A DNA stretch of 64,000 bases from Cyanophora paradoxa CCMP329. Taxonomy: Eukaryota > Plantae > Glaucophyta. Where the stretch lies: assembly GCA_004431415.1 (NCBI GenBank), contig QPMI01000590.1, forward strand, positions 1 to 64,000. Direction: 5' to 3'. The first letter of the stretch is position 1, and every line of letters starts with the position of its first letter. The notes beneath the pieces are model-generated. The model ran no database searches. It was not told the origin of the DNA and saw nothing but the letters and a program-made list of their open reading frames with translations. The position numbers and the translations under genes are program-made. Below, in pieces: positions 30,720 to 43,500 of the stretch.

Positions 30720-33700
30720 CTACACGTGCCCCTGGGACTTGCAGCCGGCCACTCGGATCCACTTGTCGTCCCCTCCGCCCACGATGTGGAACACTGCCGG
30801 AGCGCATCGGAGGCGTTCGCTGCTCGAGCAAGGAGGGCGCGGGGGTACCCCGGTTGCAGCAGACGTAGAGCTCCGCGAATCCCCCCCCCTTGTGGGGCAC
30901 GCTCTCCGTCGGGCCCGGGTGGTCTGGCGCTCAGGTGAGGGGGCGCGGGTGCGGGGGCGGGGGGGCGGGGAGGGAAGAAGGCGCGCACAGGCGCTCTTCT
31001 CGCAGAGGGCGGAGTGGTCGCTGGGGTGGAAGGTCGCCCCGCAGCGCGCGCACTGGCGCAGCGGCGAGGCCGGCAGCGCCGCCGGCGGGGGCGCCTGCAG
31101 CACCGCCTGCGGGCGCGAGAGCGGCCGCTGCGCCTGTGCTTGCGCCTGCTGCTGCTGCTGCTGCTGCTGCAGGAGCATCTGCTGCACCGGCGTGAGGGAC
31201 ACCGGCCGCTGCGCGGTCGGAGTCTCCCGAGTCGCGGCCGGCGCGGCCGGCTGCACGATGGGCCGGGCGGGAGGGTAGCCCCTAGCGGATGAGAAGCCGG
31301 AGGGGGGGAGGGACGAGCTCGAGGAGGGGGCGGAGAGTGCGGGGCCGGCCAGGGGCGGAACGGGGGGGTACGCCTCCGGCGCGCGCTCCTCGGCGTCCTC
31401 TGGGCCCTGCGCGGGGCCGCTCGCTCCGGGAAGCAAGCGGGACCCGGGGGGGTAGAGAGGGGGTACCGTGATGGGCTTGAAGTAGTTGCCGGGGTCGAAG
31501 GCGGCGGAGGAGCGGCCGTCGGCGCGGGCCACGGAGGGGGCCCGGCTCCCCGCGCCCCCCGCGTGGATCGGCGTCGGCGCCAGCACCCGCCCCAGCGCGC
31601 CCCCGCCCGGCGTCGACGCCAGCTCCCGCTCCGCCGCGTACCCCCCGCGGTAGGAGGCGGGGCCCGAGGCGGCGAGGGCGGCGGCGGAGGAGGGCGTGGG
31701 GGGCTTGCCGGCGCGGTAGGTGCCGTAGATGTCGTGGTGGGGCGGGGGCGGCGGGGCGGGACCGGGCCCGCGGGGGTCGTAGAGGGCCCCCGAGATGCCC
31801 GACATCGACTGGAAGGAGGCCCGCAGCGCCGCCCCCGCCCACGGCTGCGGCTGCTGCCCCGCCGGCTGCGGCGGCGGCGGCGCCAGCGGCTGCACGGGGG
31901 GGTACCCGTACTGCGCGGGGAGGCCCCGGGCGGAGATCGCCTGCTCCCGCTCCCGCTCGGCGGCCCGCAGGTCGCGCTCGCTGTACCCCCCCGAGAAGGT
32001 GGCGCTCAGGTCGCGGCGGAGCGTCGGCGGCTCCTCGTGGTAGGGCGCCCGGCCCTGGGGGTACGCCAGCCGGCCCGTCGGCTGGTAGGGCGGCACGTGG
32101 CGCTCGCGGTCGGGGGCCCCGCGGGAGAGGGAGGGGGAGGGGTCGTAGGGGCGGGAGGGGTACGCCTCGCGGCTCGGGGAGGCGTTGATGGCGAAGCCGT
32201 TGAGGGCGGGGGCGCCCCCGCAGGGAGCCGGCGTGGACGGGCGAGGGCGCCTCGCGGGGCGGCCCCGGCGGCCCCGGCGGCTCCGGAGGCCCCCCGCCTG
32301 CCCCGCCTCCGCCCCCGGCTGCGCGTTGTACAGGAATCGCGTCTGCGGCGCCGGCGGCAGCGCCGGCGGCTCCTCGCCCCCCTCCGTCGTCGCCTGCCGC
32401 GCGAGGCCTCAGGGCGAGGCGGGGACGGGGCGGAGGGGGGGTACGGCGCACGCGGGAGGAGACGGAGATGGCGGGGGACTCGGAGCGCTGCAGGGGGGGC
32501 GGCCCGGGCGGGGTACGCTCCACCACCGAGGACGGGGCCGGGGCGTGGGCGGGGTGTGGGCGGGGGCGGAGGAGGAGGAGGAGGAGGGCCCGCCGGCGGG
32601 GTGCGGGGCCGCGTGGGGGAGGCGGCGCCGAGGGGCGGGGTGGGCGAGCGGGAGCGGGGCCGGGCGGGGGCGTCGGCCCTGCTGGGCCTGCTGGGCCTGC
32701 TGGCCCTGTCCCGCCGCCGCCCTCGCCGGGGCCGCCGGGCCCACCGACGCCTCGTACCGGGGCAGCAGCTCGACGGGCCCAGCGCCCGCCTGCGCCTGCC
32801 CGGCGGGCGCGGCTGGCGGCTGCGCGTGGGGGGCGGCGGCAGGGGCCCCATGGCGGCGTCGCGGGCGGCCGCCTGGGCGAGGGCCGCCACGCTCTGGCGG
32901 ACGCGCACGGGCCGCCCGTTGTACGTCCCCGTCCCCTCGTCGAAGGAGCCGCCCCGCAGCGAGGCGCTGAGGTCCCGGCTGCTGCTGTGCGCGAGGGCCG
33001 CCGGCGGGGCCTCGCGCAGCTCGCGCGAGCTCTGCGAGAAGGCCGCCGGCTGGAAGTCCTCGTGCGACGCGTGGAAGCGCTGCCCGTGGCCGGCCCCCGC
33101 CGCCACCGCCCCCGCCGCGCTCTGCGCCGCCGCCGCCGCCCCCGTGGGGTACACGCCTCGCGAGGATGCGCCCGGGGCGAAGCCGAAGCCGCCGGACTCG
33201 CGGCGGGCGACTTGGGGCGACTTGATGGGGGAGCTCTGGCTGGGGATGGGCGGGGGCGGCTGGGCGAGGGCCGGGGGCGGGGGCGCCGGCGACTGCCCGT
33301 GCACGAGGTCTCCCACCTTGCGCAGCTGCAGGCGCGACCGGTCGAGCTCCAGCTTCGTCGCTGCCGCCCGCCGCCCCGGCCACGTCAGAGGAGGCGGGAG
33401 AGCGGGCTACGAGCACGCCGGGCGGGGGGCACCCTCCAGGCGGTCGGCGAGGTCCGAGATCCTCCGGTTCGAGTCGAAGAGGTCGCGCCGCATCGCGTTG
33501 TCCGCCTCCTGCGCGCCCCGCGCGCCTCAGAAAAGGACGGGAAAGGAGCGCCGGTCGCGGGGGCGGGGGCGGGGGCGGGGACCTGCAGCTGGATGACGCG
33601 CTCGCGGAGGATGATGCGCTCGCGGTTGCTCGACTCGAGCTCCGCGCGCAGGTCGCGCTTCTGCAGCGTCTCGTGGTCCGAGTCCGAGTCCTGCCGCCCC

Positions 33701-34313
33701 GGTCGGGGGTCGCGCGCGCGCGCGTGCGGGGAAGCGCGGGGCCCGCACCGCCGGGTGCGGAGAGGCGGGGAGCTTGCCGGGCAGGCCGGACCGCGACGGG
33801 CTCGGCGGCGTGCCTCCCAGCCCCGGCGCGTGGAGCCGCGGCGACGTGGGATACTCTCGCGACGCGGGATCGACGGGAGCCCCGCCGGGCCGTTGCCTGT
33901 GGGCGACGGACTCCTGCAGCTTCCGCATCGCGATCTCAAGCTCCGCGTTCTTTCGAACCTCCTTCTCCAGCTCCTTTTTCAGAAGATCGACGGTTTCCTG
34001 CGGCAACGCCGTGGTTAGGGCGGAAACGCCAACTCTGATTCCGGCCGCTAGGCGCGCGCGGCGATTCCGACGGCATCGCAACGCACGTGAAGCAGCTCTC
34101 GTTCCATCTGAAACGCCTGCGCGGCGCCGGGCGGAGCTTTAGCGCGGGATCCCCGGCCGGCGGCCGCGGGGCGCCGTTCGCGTGCGCTTTCACCCTGTCA
34201 CGCACCTGCGTGTCATCTTTGAACTTCCGAATTGTTTTGAGCGCATGTTCGAGCTTCGCTCTGAGCTCGACGACCTCCGCGGCCTGGTCGGCCACATCCG
34301 GCTCGAACAACAT
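30720..34313 (-). CDS. Multi-exon coiled-coil, Pro/Gln-rich protein with C-terminal CHORD-like Zn-binding motif
   Basis: Exons MLFEPDVADQAAEVVELRAKLEHALK..., LLKKELEKEVRKNAELEIAMRKLQE and LRAELESSNRERIILRERVIQLQ. The inferred spliced C-terminus reads CARC...C....YHPGP...YVCC...GCKSQGH*. Confidence 0.7.
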
Positions 34314-34529
34314 CTTACGACTGCGTTGCTACAGCCAAGCGTTGCTGCAGCTCTCGCCGAGTCGCCCGGCCGCGTTGCCGCCGACTTGCCGGCGAGTTGC
34401 CGCGAAGTGCTGGGTACGGGAGCCTGGGAACAGCATCGCCAGCTGAGCTTCCTCTCGGCGCAGCTTGTGTCGTTGAGCTCTTAGCGACACTGCGGAGCCC
34501 CAGCCGCGTCCCAGGCGGTCGTCGTCGGG

Positions 34530-35907
34530 ATGGCGCGGGCCCCGGCCAGCGCTGTCGGCCCCAGCAGGAGCGCCGCTGCGCTAGTCGCGCTTCTGGTGGT
34601 CCTGTGCGTGCAGCGAAGCTGTGCGTACGCCGGTGTCTTCAGCCAGGTCGACGAGTTTGCGGGGCCCGAAGCCGCGAGGCACGGCGGGGACGTGATCCTC
34701 ACGAACCACGTCCGAATCCGGCCGGAGCTCTTCCAGCGCTTCATGCGCTCAATCAGGCAGGTGAACCCGACGGTCGAGGTCGTCGTCTTCTTCGCGGAGA
34801 TTGACGAGGACAGCTCCCACATCCTGCGCACCTTCGGTGGCAAGTTCGTCGTCTTCAACGAGTCCGCGCTGCCGCGCGAGGAACTCCCGCACGAAACGTG
34901 GATCCACCGGCGCGCCCGCCCGCCGCCCGAGCCCGCGCGCCGAATTTGATCCCGCGGCGCCATGGCAGGTTCACGCTCTGGCGGATGTTTCTGGAGGCGC
35001 GGGGCCCGGACGTGTACAAGCGGGTCTTCCTGTGCGACTCGCGCGACGTCGTCTTCTTCGGGGACCCGTTCGCGAGGCTGCCCGACAACCTGACGCAGCA
35101 GGCGCGTGCGCCTCGCGCTCGCCGCTGCTGGCGCTGACGCTGACGCCGGCGGCGGTGCAGGTGTTCCTGTGCGACGCGACGGTGGGCGAGTGCCCGTGGA
35201 ACACGAAGTGGGTGCTGGAGTGCTTCGGCCCCGAGATGCAGGCGGCCCTCAAGGACCGCCGCATGGCCATCGGGGGCACCAACGTCGGCACCTACGCCCA
35301 CATGCTCGAGTACTGCCGCACCCAGGTGCCCCGCCCCCCGTCCACCTCCCGCTCTACCCCCCCGCTCATGCCTGCGCCCCCCCAGGAGCGGCTGATCGGG
35401 CAGGTGCCGTGCCGGACCTCCGCGCGCGACAACGTCATCCTCAACGCGCTCCTGTGGAACGGCCACCTCCGCGAGCCCGAGGCCCGCCCCGCCCGTACCC
35501 CCTTCCCCCCGCCGTCCCGCGACGCGTACCCCCACAGATCCTCGACAACTCGCGGAGCTGGCTGGGAACCCTCATCTACAAGGCACGTACCCCCGCTGAG
35601 ACCCTGAGTCGCCCCCGTCTGATTGATTGCGTACCCCGCAGGGAAATTTCACCCGCGATCGGTTCGGGCGGCCCACGAACGGCGGGCTCGTACCCTTCGC
35701 CGCCCTGCACCAGGCCCGCCCCCTGTACCCCTCCCCCTCCCCCCTCTGCCGCGCCCGACTCGACACCTCGGGGCCGCGCAGTACGATCGGCACCCGTGGC
35801 TGGTGGACATGATCAAGGGCATGTACCCCTACGACCCCGAGCTGGAGAAGTACTTCGTCTTCTACCCCGCCCTGCAACAGGGGGACCAGGGTAAGCCGCA
35901 GTGGTAG
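34530..35907 (+). CDS. Secretory-pathway putative glycosyltransferase (GT-A-like), 7 exons
   Basis: N-terminal hydrophobic segment, VFLCDSRDVVFFGDPF (DxxD), GGT.VG and LHQ|YDRHP. A continuous frame is obtained with six introns (five GC-AG, one GT-AG). Confidence 0.75.
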
Positions 35908-36601
35908 CCGAGGAGTTTAGTTTTCAGGCAGGCATGGTCAAGGAGCACAGGGGCAGCTGCAGGACATGTACGATTATCGACTATCATAGTATACTATCGA
36001 ATTCTTGGGTTCGATTCGGCAAGCATGAAACACCTTACGGAAACAAATTTTAAGCAACAGAAAGCTCTAGATCTGGGCATGCGCACTGCGGCAGCTGCAG
36101 GCTGCAGCTGCATGCGCAGGTGCAATACTTGCCAAGTTGGCTGAAAACACCTAGCTATAGTACTACAGCGCTAGCTTCAGAAGCGTCTTAAAAGCAGTAT
36201 TCTAATACAACAGGGCACGTGCACGTGCACACGCACGCGCCTTTCGCACGCACAAACGTTGAAATCAGAGAGGCGAGGATGCAGATAAAAAGCTCGACTC
36301 GGCGAGCTACATAGATCTGGGGTAGCTGCCGCATCAGATGATCATGAAAAGAAGCGAGACGCCGGGATGGACGGAAACTCAAAATCGGTTGTACTACGTA
36401 TACGGTAGGCAAAGTACTGTTACAACGGTATACGCTATAAAAAAACCTACATATCTGTCACAAAAAATATTATGAGCTACCAGGCTAGTCGAAGAGCCGT
36501 TGAGCTTGAAACTAGCTTCAAATGCTTTGAACCGCTGATCCGAGCACGCGAGAGCAACGAGGGGGGGCGAGCAAGGGGCTGGGCGGGGGCACGGGTCATG
36601 G

Positions 36602-38154
36602 TCAGAAGGCGGGCGCGCCGGGCTCGGCGTGGAGTTGGAGCTCGGCGAGCTGGCGGCGCTCGAGCTCGCAGAGGAGGGCGTCGAGGGCGACGGGGAGGAG
36701 GCCCTCGGGCTCCCCGCACAGCCGCGAGAGCTCCAGGCCCACCAGCGCCGGGCACGCCCCCGAGAGCCCCGCCACGAAGGCCGCGCCCTCCCCCCACGAG
36801 TCCAGCCCGTCCACCTGCAGCTCCCGCAGGCGGGGCAGGCGCGCGAGGGCGCGCAGGGCGGCGCCGGCCCCGCAGCGGATCGCGAGGTCGGGGCCCGTCA
36901 CCTCCAGCGACTCCAGCGTCGCCGCGTGGGCGCCCTCGCCCAGCGCCCCGAAGAGCGGCTCGTCGAGGAGCTTGCAGGCCCGCGGGGGGCCCGGGCAGGC
37001 CTGCGAGGGCCCGTCGGCGAGGCGGAGGGAGAGGCTGCGCACGCCCCCCAGGGCGGGGGCGGCGAGGGGCAGCGCCGAGCAGGAGGCGAGGCGCAGGTCC
37101 GGGCAGGCGCCGCCCAGGCAGGCGGCGAGGGCCTCCGGGGCGCCCGGGGCGGCGAAGTCGACGGCCTCGACGAGGAGGCTGCCGAGGGCGAGGCCGAGGC
37201 CCCCGAGGGCGGCGAGCGCGTCGTACCCCCGCACGGCGGCGGAGGAGAGGGAGCGGAGGAGGGGGAAGGCGGCCCGGAGGGCGGCGAGGTCGGCGGGGCG
37301 CCCCAGCCGCGGGCCGGGGCCGGCCCCGAGGCGGCGCAGACGCTCGCCGCGAGCCGCTCGACGCCCGAGCCGGGGCCGCCGAGGCGCGGCAGGCACGCCG
37401 GGCGGGGCTCCCCCGGGACCTCCAGCACGAGGAGCCCCGGCAGGGACGAGGGGAGCCGGAGGCTCCAGAACAGGGCCCCCTCGACATGGGGCGGCAGGCG
37501 CTCCGCCGGCGTCGCGCGCCCGCGGAGGAGCGCCGGGCTCTGGCGGACCGTCTGGGAGACGCGCAGCTCCAGGGCGCGCACGCTTCCGGGGACCGCGCGG
37601 GCCACCTCCCAGAGCCTGGCGGCCGCGGCGAGCGACTCCGACTCCTCCTCCTGCGGGCGAGCGCGCGTCGGAGGCGACGGGGCGGCGGGATCGGCGGGCG
37701 GCGCACGTCGAGCCGGGCATGGGGGTCCATCTCCACCAGCACTCGGAGCCGCAGGCGCCTCAGCTGCGCGAACTTCGCCTGGCGGAGCACGCTGCAGGCG
37801 TACTGCAGATTGAGGAACGGCCCGTCCGACCCGTCCCCCGGCTCCCGAAGCAGCTCGAAGCGACGCCTGCTCCCTTGCTGGACGGTCGCAAAGCGAAGTC
37901 CCACGCTGCGGACACCAATTGCAAAAGGACGCCGTCATTCGCCCGTTGCAATCGTCGGGCAGCGCGAGATCTAGCAGCGAAGAATCGAACCTTAGAGAGA
38001 GATCGACCCAGCACTGCGATTCAACGCGCCGTAGGGCGCTGTTCACGGCGCCGAGGCAAGTGCGGTCCCTTGGACAGAGCAGGGCGAAGATCGAACGGAG
38101 GACGCCATCCGGGAGCTCTTCGAGCGAGGCTCGCGTAATGTTTTCGGCCGCCAT
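36602..38154 (-). CDS. F-box / LRR-like (RNI-like) protein, multi-exon
   Basis: F-box SLEELPDGVLRSIFALLCPRDRTCLGAVNSALRR, followed by LRR-like segments FAQLRRLRL, FPLLRSL, ACPDLRL, LPRLRELQV and ACPALVGLEL. Confidence 0.85.
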
Positions 38155-38497
38155 GGCGCCGGCTGGATCTCTCTTCGGCGCCGGCCGACCGGACCGGACC
38201 AGGGAGCAGTCCGGCCCTGTGGGAGACTGTACCCCCGCAAACAGTGCAATTGAACTGTGTCGAATTCGCGCACGCGCACGCCACGGTGATGGCAAGGCAA
38301 GCCTCAAGTACGTCTGCACGCTAGCTAGCTGCAGTCAAGCTGCCGACGCCTGCCCGGCGGCCGTCCCTCGCTTCAGTCAAGCTGGCGTGACGTCGCTGCT
38401 GGAGCTCCGACCACCTGCAGCTTCGATTGCTTGCAAATTGAAAGGCTGTGCGCTCGCTTGTCAGCTGCGCTGCAGCCGGAGCTCGAGCGCTGCAGCC

Positions 38498-39896
38498 ATG
38501 GCAGGCGACAACGTTAACCCGCGGGACGCGGTGGAGATCCGCGGCGACGGACGTTCCGGCGCCGCGGCAGCAGAGGCGTGGCGGGAGGAGATCGAGAAGA
38601 CAGCAGCGCGCATCCGCTCCGGCGAGCTCCGCATCGCAGCGGGCGCCGCGGTCCGGCTGGACTCTAACGGCGCGTACACGAATAGTAAGCCGGAGAAGCG
38701 CGGGGAGAGCGGCGGGGATGCGGACGAGGAGGGGGGCGACGGGGACGAGGGCGAGGAAGTCCCCGGCGCCGCGCTAAGCGAGATCGAGGAGCTCCTGCAG
38801 GCGGCGGCGGGCGCCAGCGGCGGGCTCGGCGAGGTGCACGTGTGCGGCGGCTTCGGCAGGGAGATGGACGGCGGCGAGGTGGAGCAGGACGGTAGGAACT
38901 TCAGTTGAATTAATTCAAATCCTCCGGGCCTTCAGTTTAAGCTCGCACAGTGCTCCGGATCGTCCAGGCGGCGGTCGGAGGGACGCAGAAGAGCCTGCGC
39001 GCGCTCTCCATCGAGGGCGACCAGGCCCGGAACCCGATCGTGCGCGCGCGCGCAAACCAAATCCGGATTCGAATTGCGAGATCAAAAGCTGAAGCTGGAG
39101 GGCGGCGGGGGCAGGTGGCGGGGGACGAGGAGCTGGCGGCGCTGCTGGCGGGGCAGCCGCTGGAGCGCCTGCGCCTGACCGCCTCGCTCGCCCTCGCCGA
39201 CGAGCTCGTCGCCGCCCTCGCCGACGCCTGCCCGGGCCTCCACTCCCTCGCCGCCAAGTGCGCCCCCGCATTGAATCCCAGCGTCCACCCGCGCGCGCGG
39301 GGATCTAATTCGACTCGGGGCAGCTTCTGGGACGAGGAGGCGCTGGGCGCGGCGGCGGCCTTCGCGCACCTGCGGGAGCTCACGAGCCTCGCCGCCGTCG
39401 AGTTCGGGGCCGGCCTCGCCGCCCTCGCCGACGGGCCCGCCGGCCGCTCCCTCCGCGCCCTCCGCGCCCTCCCGTGCGCCCCCCGGCGCCCCGCCCCGCC
39501 CTGCCCCGGCACTGTACCCCCCCTCGATCGGCCCCCAGCTCACCCCGGGGTAGGGAGAAGGGGCGGGGCCGGTCACATTCACCGTGGAGGGCCTCGAGGT
39601 ACCCCCGCCCACGGCCCGCGCGCGGTCGTACCCCGGCCCCGGGCCGGGACCGGGGCCCGAGGGCCGACCGCGCCGCCCGCCGCAGGCCCTGGCGCGCATG
39701 CCTCGCCTCGCCGATGTCGGCATACCCCTCCTGGTCCGCTCAGCCTCGTGGTCCCGTGTGGCCGCCGGCCCCTTCCTTCCCCGCGCCCCTCTTGACTCTC
39801 CCCCCCGCCCCGCCCCGCCCCTCGCCGCAGCCGTCGGCGGAGGGCCCCGAGGCGCAGGCGGCGCTCGCGGCCCTCCGCGGCCGCTTCGGCCTCTGA
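38498..39896 (+). CDS. LRR-like hypothetical protein, multi-exon
   Basis: Coding-like exons MAGDNVNPRDAVEIRGD..., PLERLRL, ACPGLHSL, FAHLRELTSL and LRALRAL, separated by short intron-like gaps. Confidence 0.6.
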
Positions 39897-40514
39897 GCTT
39901 CAAGGGCGCCCCGGGCCCGCCCCGCCCGGCCCCATTCTGCTCGAGTCGCTCAGCAGTCGTCGTCGCGTACGCGGCCCTCGAGCTCGGTTGTTAGATAGTG
40001 GGATTTATTCCTGCTGTTCCGGCCAGTTCGAATCTAATTGTCCTCAATTTATTTTCCTCTGCCGCGCACGACCCTCTGCGCTGGTGACCGCAGCTTTGCC
40101 GCGCGCTGTGCTTCCATTCACACATGTACAACACCCACACGAGGGAGCGCCCCGCGATGCCCGCGGGGCGCCCCGGCTCGAGGAAGCAGCGCGTAGGCGG
40201 CGTTTTGCGGTAGGCCCTAGCTGCTACGCGGCTCGCGCCCATGGGCCGCGAGGCGGGGGGTCTTGAAGTGAACGCCGCGTCCCGGCCTCGCCGCCCCAGG
40301 AGGGGCGGGGCGGGGCGAGGCGCGCCCCCGAAGAGGTCCCCACGGCCCGCCGGCGGTGGACGCGTCGACCGCCCCCGGACCGGCGGAGGACCGGTCCGGT
40401 GGCCGTCGCCGCCGCCCCCACGAAAACGAAAACGTCTTCCCCGCTATGTACACCCGCGATCCCCAATCCCAGAGCTCCTCCTCCTCCCCCCCCTCCTCCT
40501 CCCCTCGATCGTCT

Positions 40515-43500
40515 TCACTGCTTTGCGGCGGCGTCGTTGGCGTTGTTGGCGTCCAGCGCCGCGTTGACGGCCCTGCGCGGCGCCCGCGCGCTTCTAAGAA
40601 CAGAGAGGCGGGCCGGGGCCGGGGGCGGGGGCGGGGCGGGCGGACGCGGAGAGGCGGCCGGAGTGGGCGGCGAGGAGGCGGGAGACAGTGTCGGCGGGGG
40701 CGTCCGCCGCCAGCAGGCCCATCTCCCTCAGCAGGCTCTGCGCCCCCGCCGCCCCGTGAGGCCCAGCGAGGAGGCAGGGGCGAGGGCGGGCCGGGCCGCA
40801 CCGCGAGCGCCTCCACCTGGGGCGCCGCGGGGGCCTCCCCGGCCGCGGCCGGGGCCGGGGCCGGGGCCGGCTCGGCGGCGGGCGCGGGCGCGGGGGCGAC
40901 AGCGGTGGTGGCGGCGGCGGGCGGCTGCTCGGAGGCCTGCGTGCGTGCCGGGGAGGCCGTGAGCGAGGCCTCCAGAAAGCAGGAGAGGAGAGGGGGCGGA
41001 CAAGGCCGAGGTTGACCCAGTCGTCGTCGCGCCCGCCCGCCTCCACCGACTCCGGATCCGCCACCGAGGAGCCGAGCTCGCTGCCGGGGCGCCCCGCCGG
41101 TCGGCTGCCGGCTGCGCGGCGCGGCGCGGCGCGGCGGGGCGGGGCGGGGCGGGGCGCACCTCTCAACCTCGACGCCGTCGTCCACGTCGTCAGAGGCGGC
41201 CGCGGGGCCGCGGAGCCGGCCGCCTCGACCGACGCCTCGGCGGCCTTGCGGGCGGCATCCGCCTGCTCCTCGGCCTCCGCAGCAGCCGCCGCGCCGGCCG
41301 CCCAGGCAGCCTCGGCGGCCTCGGCGGCGCGGGCCTCGGCGGCGGCCTCGGCGGCCTGGCGCGCGCGCAGCTGATCCTCGGCGGCCGTCTGCGGGGCCGT
41401 CTGAGCCTCGCCCCCGGGGGCCGGGGCGGGCGCGGGGCGGGGCGCACTCGGATGGACGCGGCGATGGCGAGAGCGACCGCCTTTTCCTTGGCGGCCTCGG
41501 CGACCGCCTGCTCCTCGACGACGGACGCGGCCTCGGCGGCCTCGGCGGCCTCGGCGGCCTGGCGCGCGCGCAGCTGATCCTCGGCGGCCGTCTGCGGGGC
41601 CGTCTGAGCCTCGCCCCCAGGGGCCGGGGCGGGCGCGGGGCGGGTCGCACGCGGATGGACGCGGCGATAGCGAGGGCGACCGCCGCTTCCTCGTTAGCGT
41701 CGGCGGCAGAGGCGGCGGCGGGGGTCGCCTTCACCTGAGCCGGCGCGCCGCCTCGGCGGGGGCGAGGGCGAGAGGGAGGGGGAGGGGAGGGGCCGGGGCG
41801 CACGGGGGCGGCGGGGGCCTTGCCCTTGGGGTCGGCGACGACCTCGATCTCGACCCAGATCTTGTGCCCGAAGCGCGCCCCGTCCCCCGGCGCCGTCGCC
41901 AGCCGGAAGTACTGCTTGTAGCGGCCCTCGCTGCGAGTGCGGCTCAGGAGACGGGGGCGGACGAGGGGAGAGGGGGGGAGAGGACTTGGCGGGGGCGACG
42001 CAGTCGATGGAGACGTCGACCTCCTGGCCCGGCTGAGCGAGGGCGGCGAGGGGCACGTGCGGGACCACGGCGAGCGGGTCGCCCCCGATGGAGGCCAGCA
42101 CAGTGCCCTGCGGCCACCGCTCCGGGCCTGCGCGGCCGTCGGGAGGGGCGGCGCAGGGTGGGGAGGGGGCGGCGGGGCGGGGGGCACCCTCGTTGCGGAG
42201 GCGCCAGATCTTGGTGAAGCGGGCACCCGCGGAGACGCGCGAGTTGTCGAAGATCTGGGCCCGCGGAGTGAGAAGGTAGAGGGGGGTACGAGGCGGCGGT
42301 CCGAGCGGACCGTCACGTCGCGAACGAAGCGGGCGGTGGGGTACTGGACCGACGCCGGGCCCGGGGCCGACGGGGCCGCGGCCGGTGCCGGGGCCGGAAC
42401 CGGGGCCGGGGCGGGCGGCGCGGAGGGCGCGGGGCCCTGGGCCGGGGCGGCGGGGACGGGGAGGGCGCCTGGGCGCGGGCGGGGTGCATCGGGGGCCGGT
42501 AGGGGTGTGGTGCCCGATGCCGTTGACGAGGCCGGCGAGCTTGGGGATGAACGTCTCCACGAGCTGCTGCACGGGGTGCCGCCCCCCGAAGGGCGGCGGC
42601 GCGCCCCACGGGCCGCCCCAGCGCCCCCGCGCCCGCCGTGCGGGCCGTGGACGTGCGGGCCGGGGCCCCAGCGGCGGCCGCAGCCGCCGCGGCGGCCGCC
42701 GAAGTCGGCGGCGCCGCGGCTGGCGGAGGAGGTGACGGCCACGGGGATGACCTGCACGTCGTGCTTCGGGTTGTGGCCCTTGGCGTCGTAGCACGGCCTG
42801 AGGCCCGGTCGGGGGACGCCCCCGCACCCGCCCCGGCGAGCGGCGCGAGCGCACCCGCAGAGGTCGTAGTTCCCGCAGGTGTAGCAGTGGTGGCGGGTCC
42901 CGTAGATCGGGGCCTGGGCGGCTGTTAGCGCCGTAGAGCGGAGAGGCGGCGCGGGGCGCGGGACGCGGGCGCGCCTTGCCGCAGGAGTCGCACTGCACGC
43001 CGGCGTGGATGCCGTGGTACAGCATCTCCGTCTCACCGCCCGCGGCGGGCGCGGCGGGCGCGGCGGAGGGAGCCGCGCCCGGTGCCGCGGCGGCGGCGGC
43101 GGCGGCGGCGGAGGGCGCCGCGCTCGGAGCGGCGGCGTTGGCGGCGGCGGCGGGCCGGCGTTGGCGTTGGCGGCGGCGGCGGCGGCGTGGGCGCGGAGGG
43201 CCTCGGCGGCGGCGCGGGCGGCCATCTCGGGCTCCTCCGGCACGATCAGGCCGTCCGGGTACACGTCCGCTGCGAGCGCGCGGGGGTCAACGGGCGCGCC
43301 CGGCCGAGTCGAGCCCGCGCGGGCGGGGCGCGGCGCACCCACGAGGACCTTGCCGGGCTTGTACATCTTCATCAGCTGGTGCTTCCCGTGCGTCCCGGCT
43401 GCGATGCACACGCAGAACACCGATCGGCGTCGACTTGTACAGACACGGGCGAGAAGGACGGGACGCGCACCCTTCTCGCAGGCCGAGCACAGGTCGTAGT

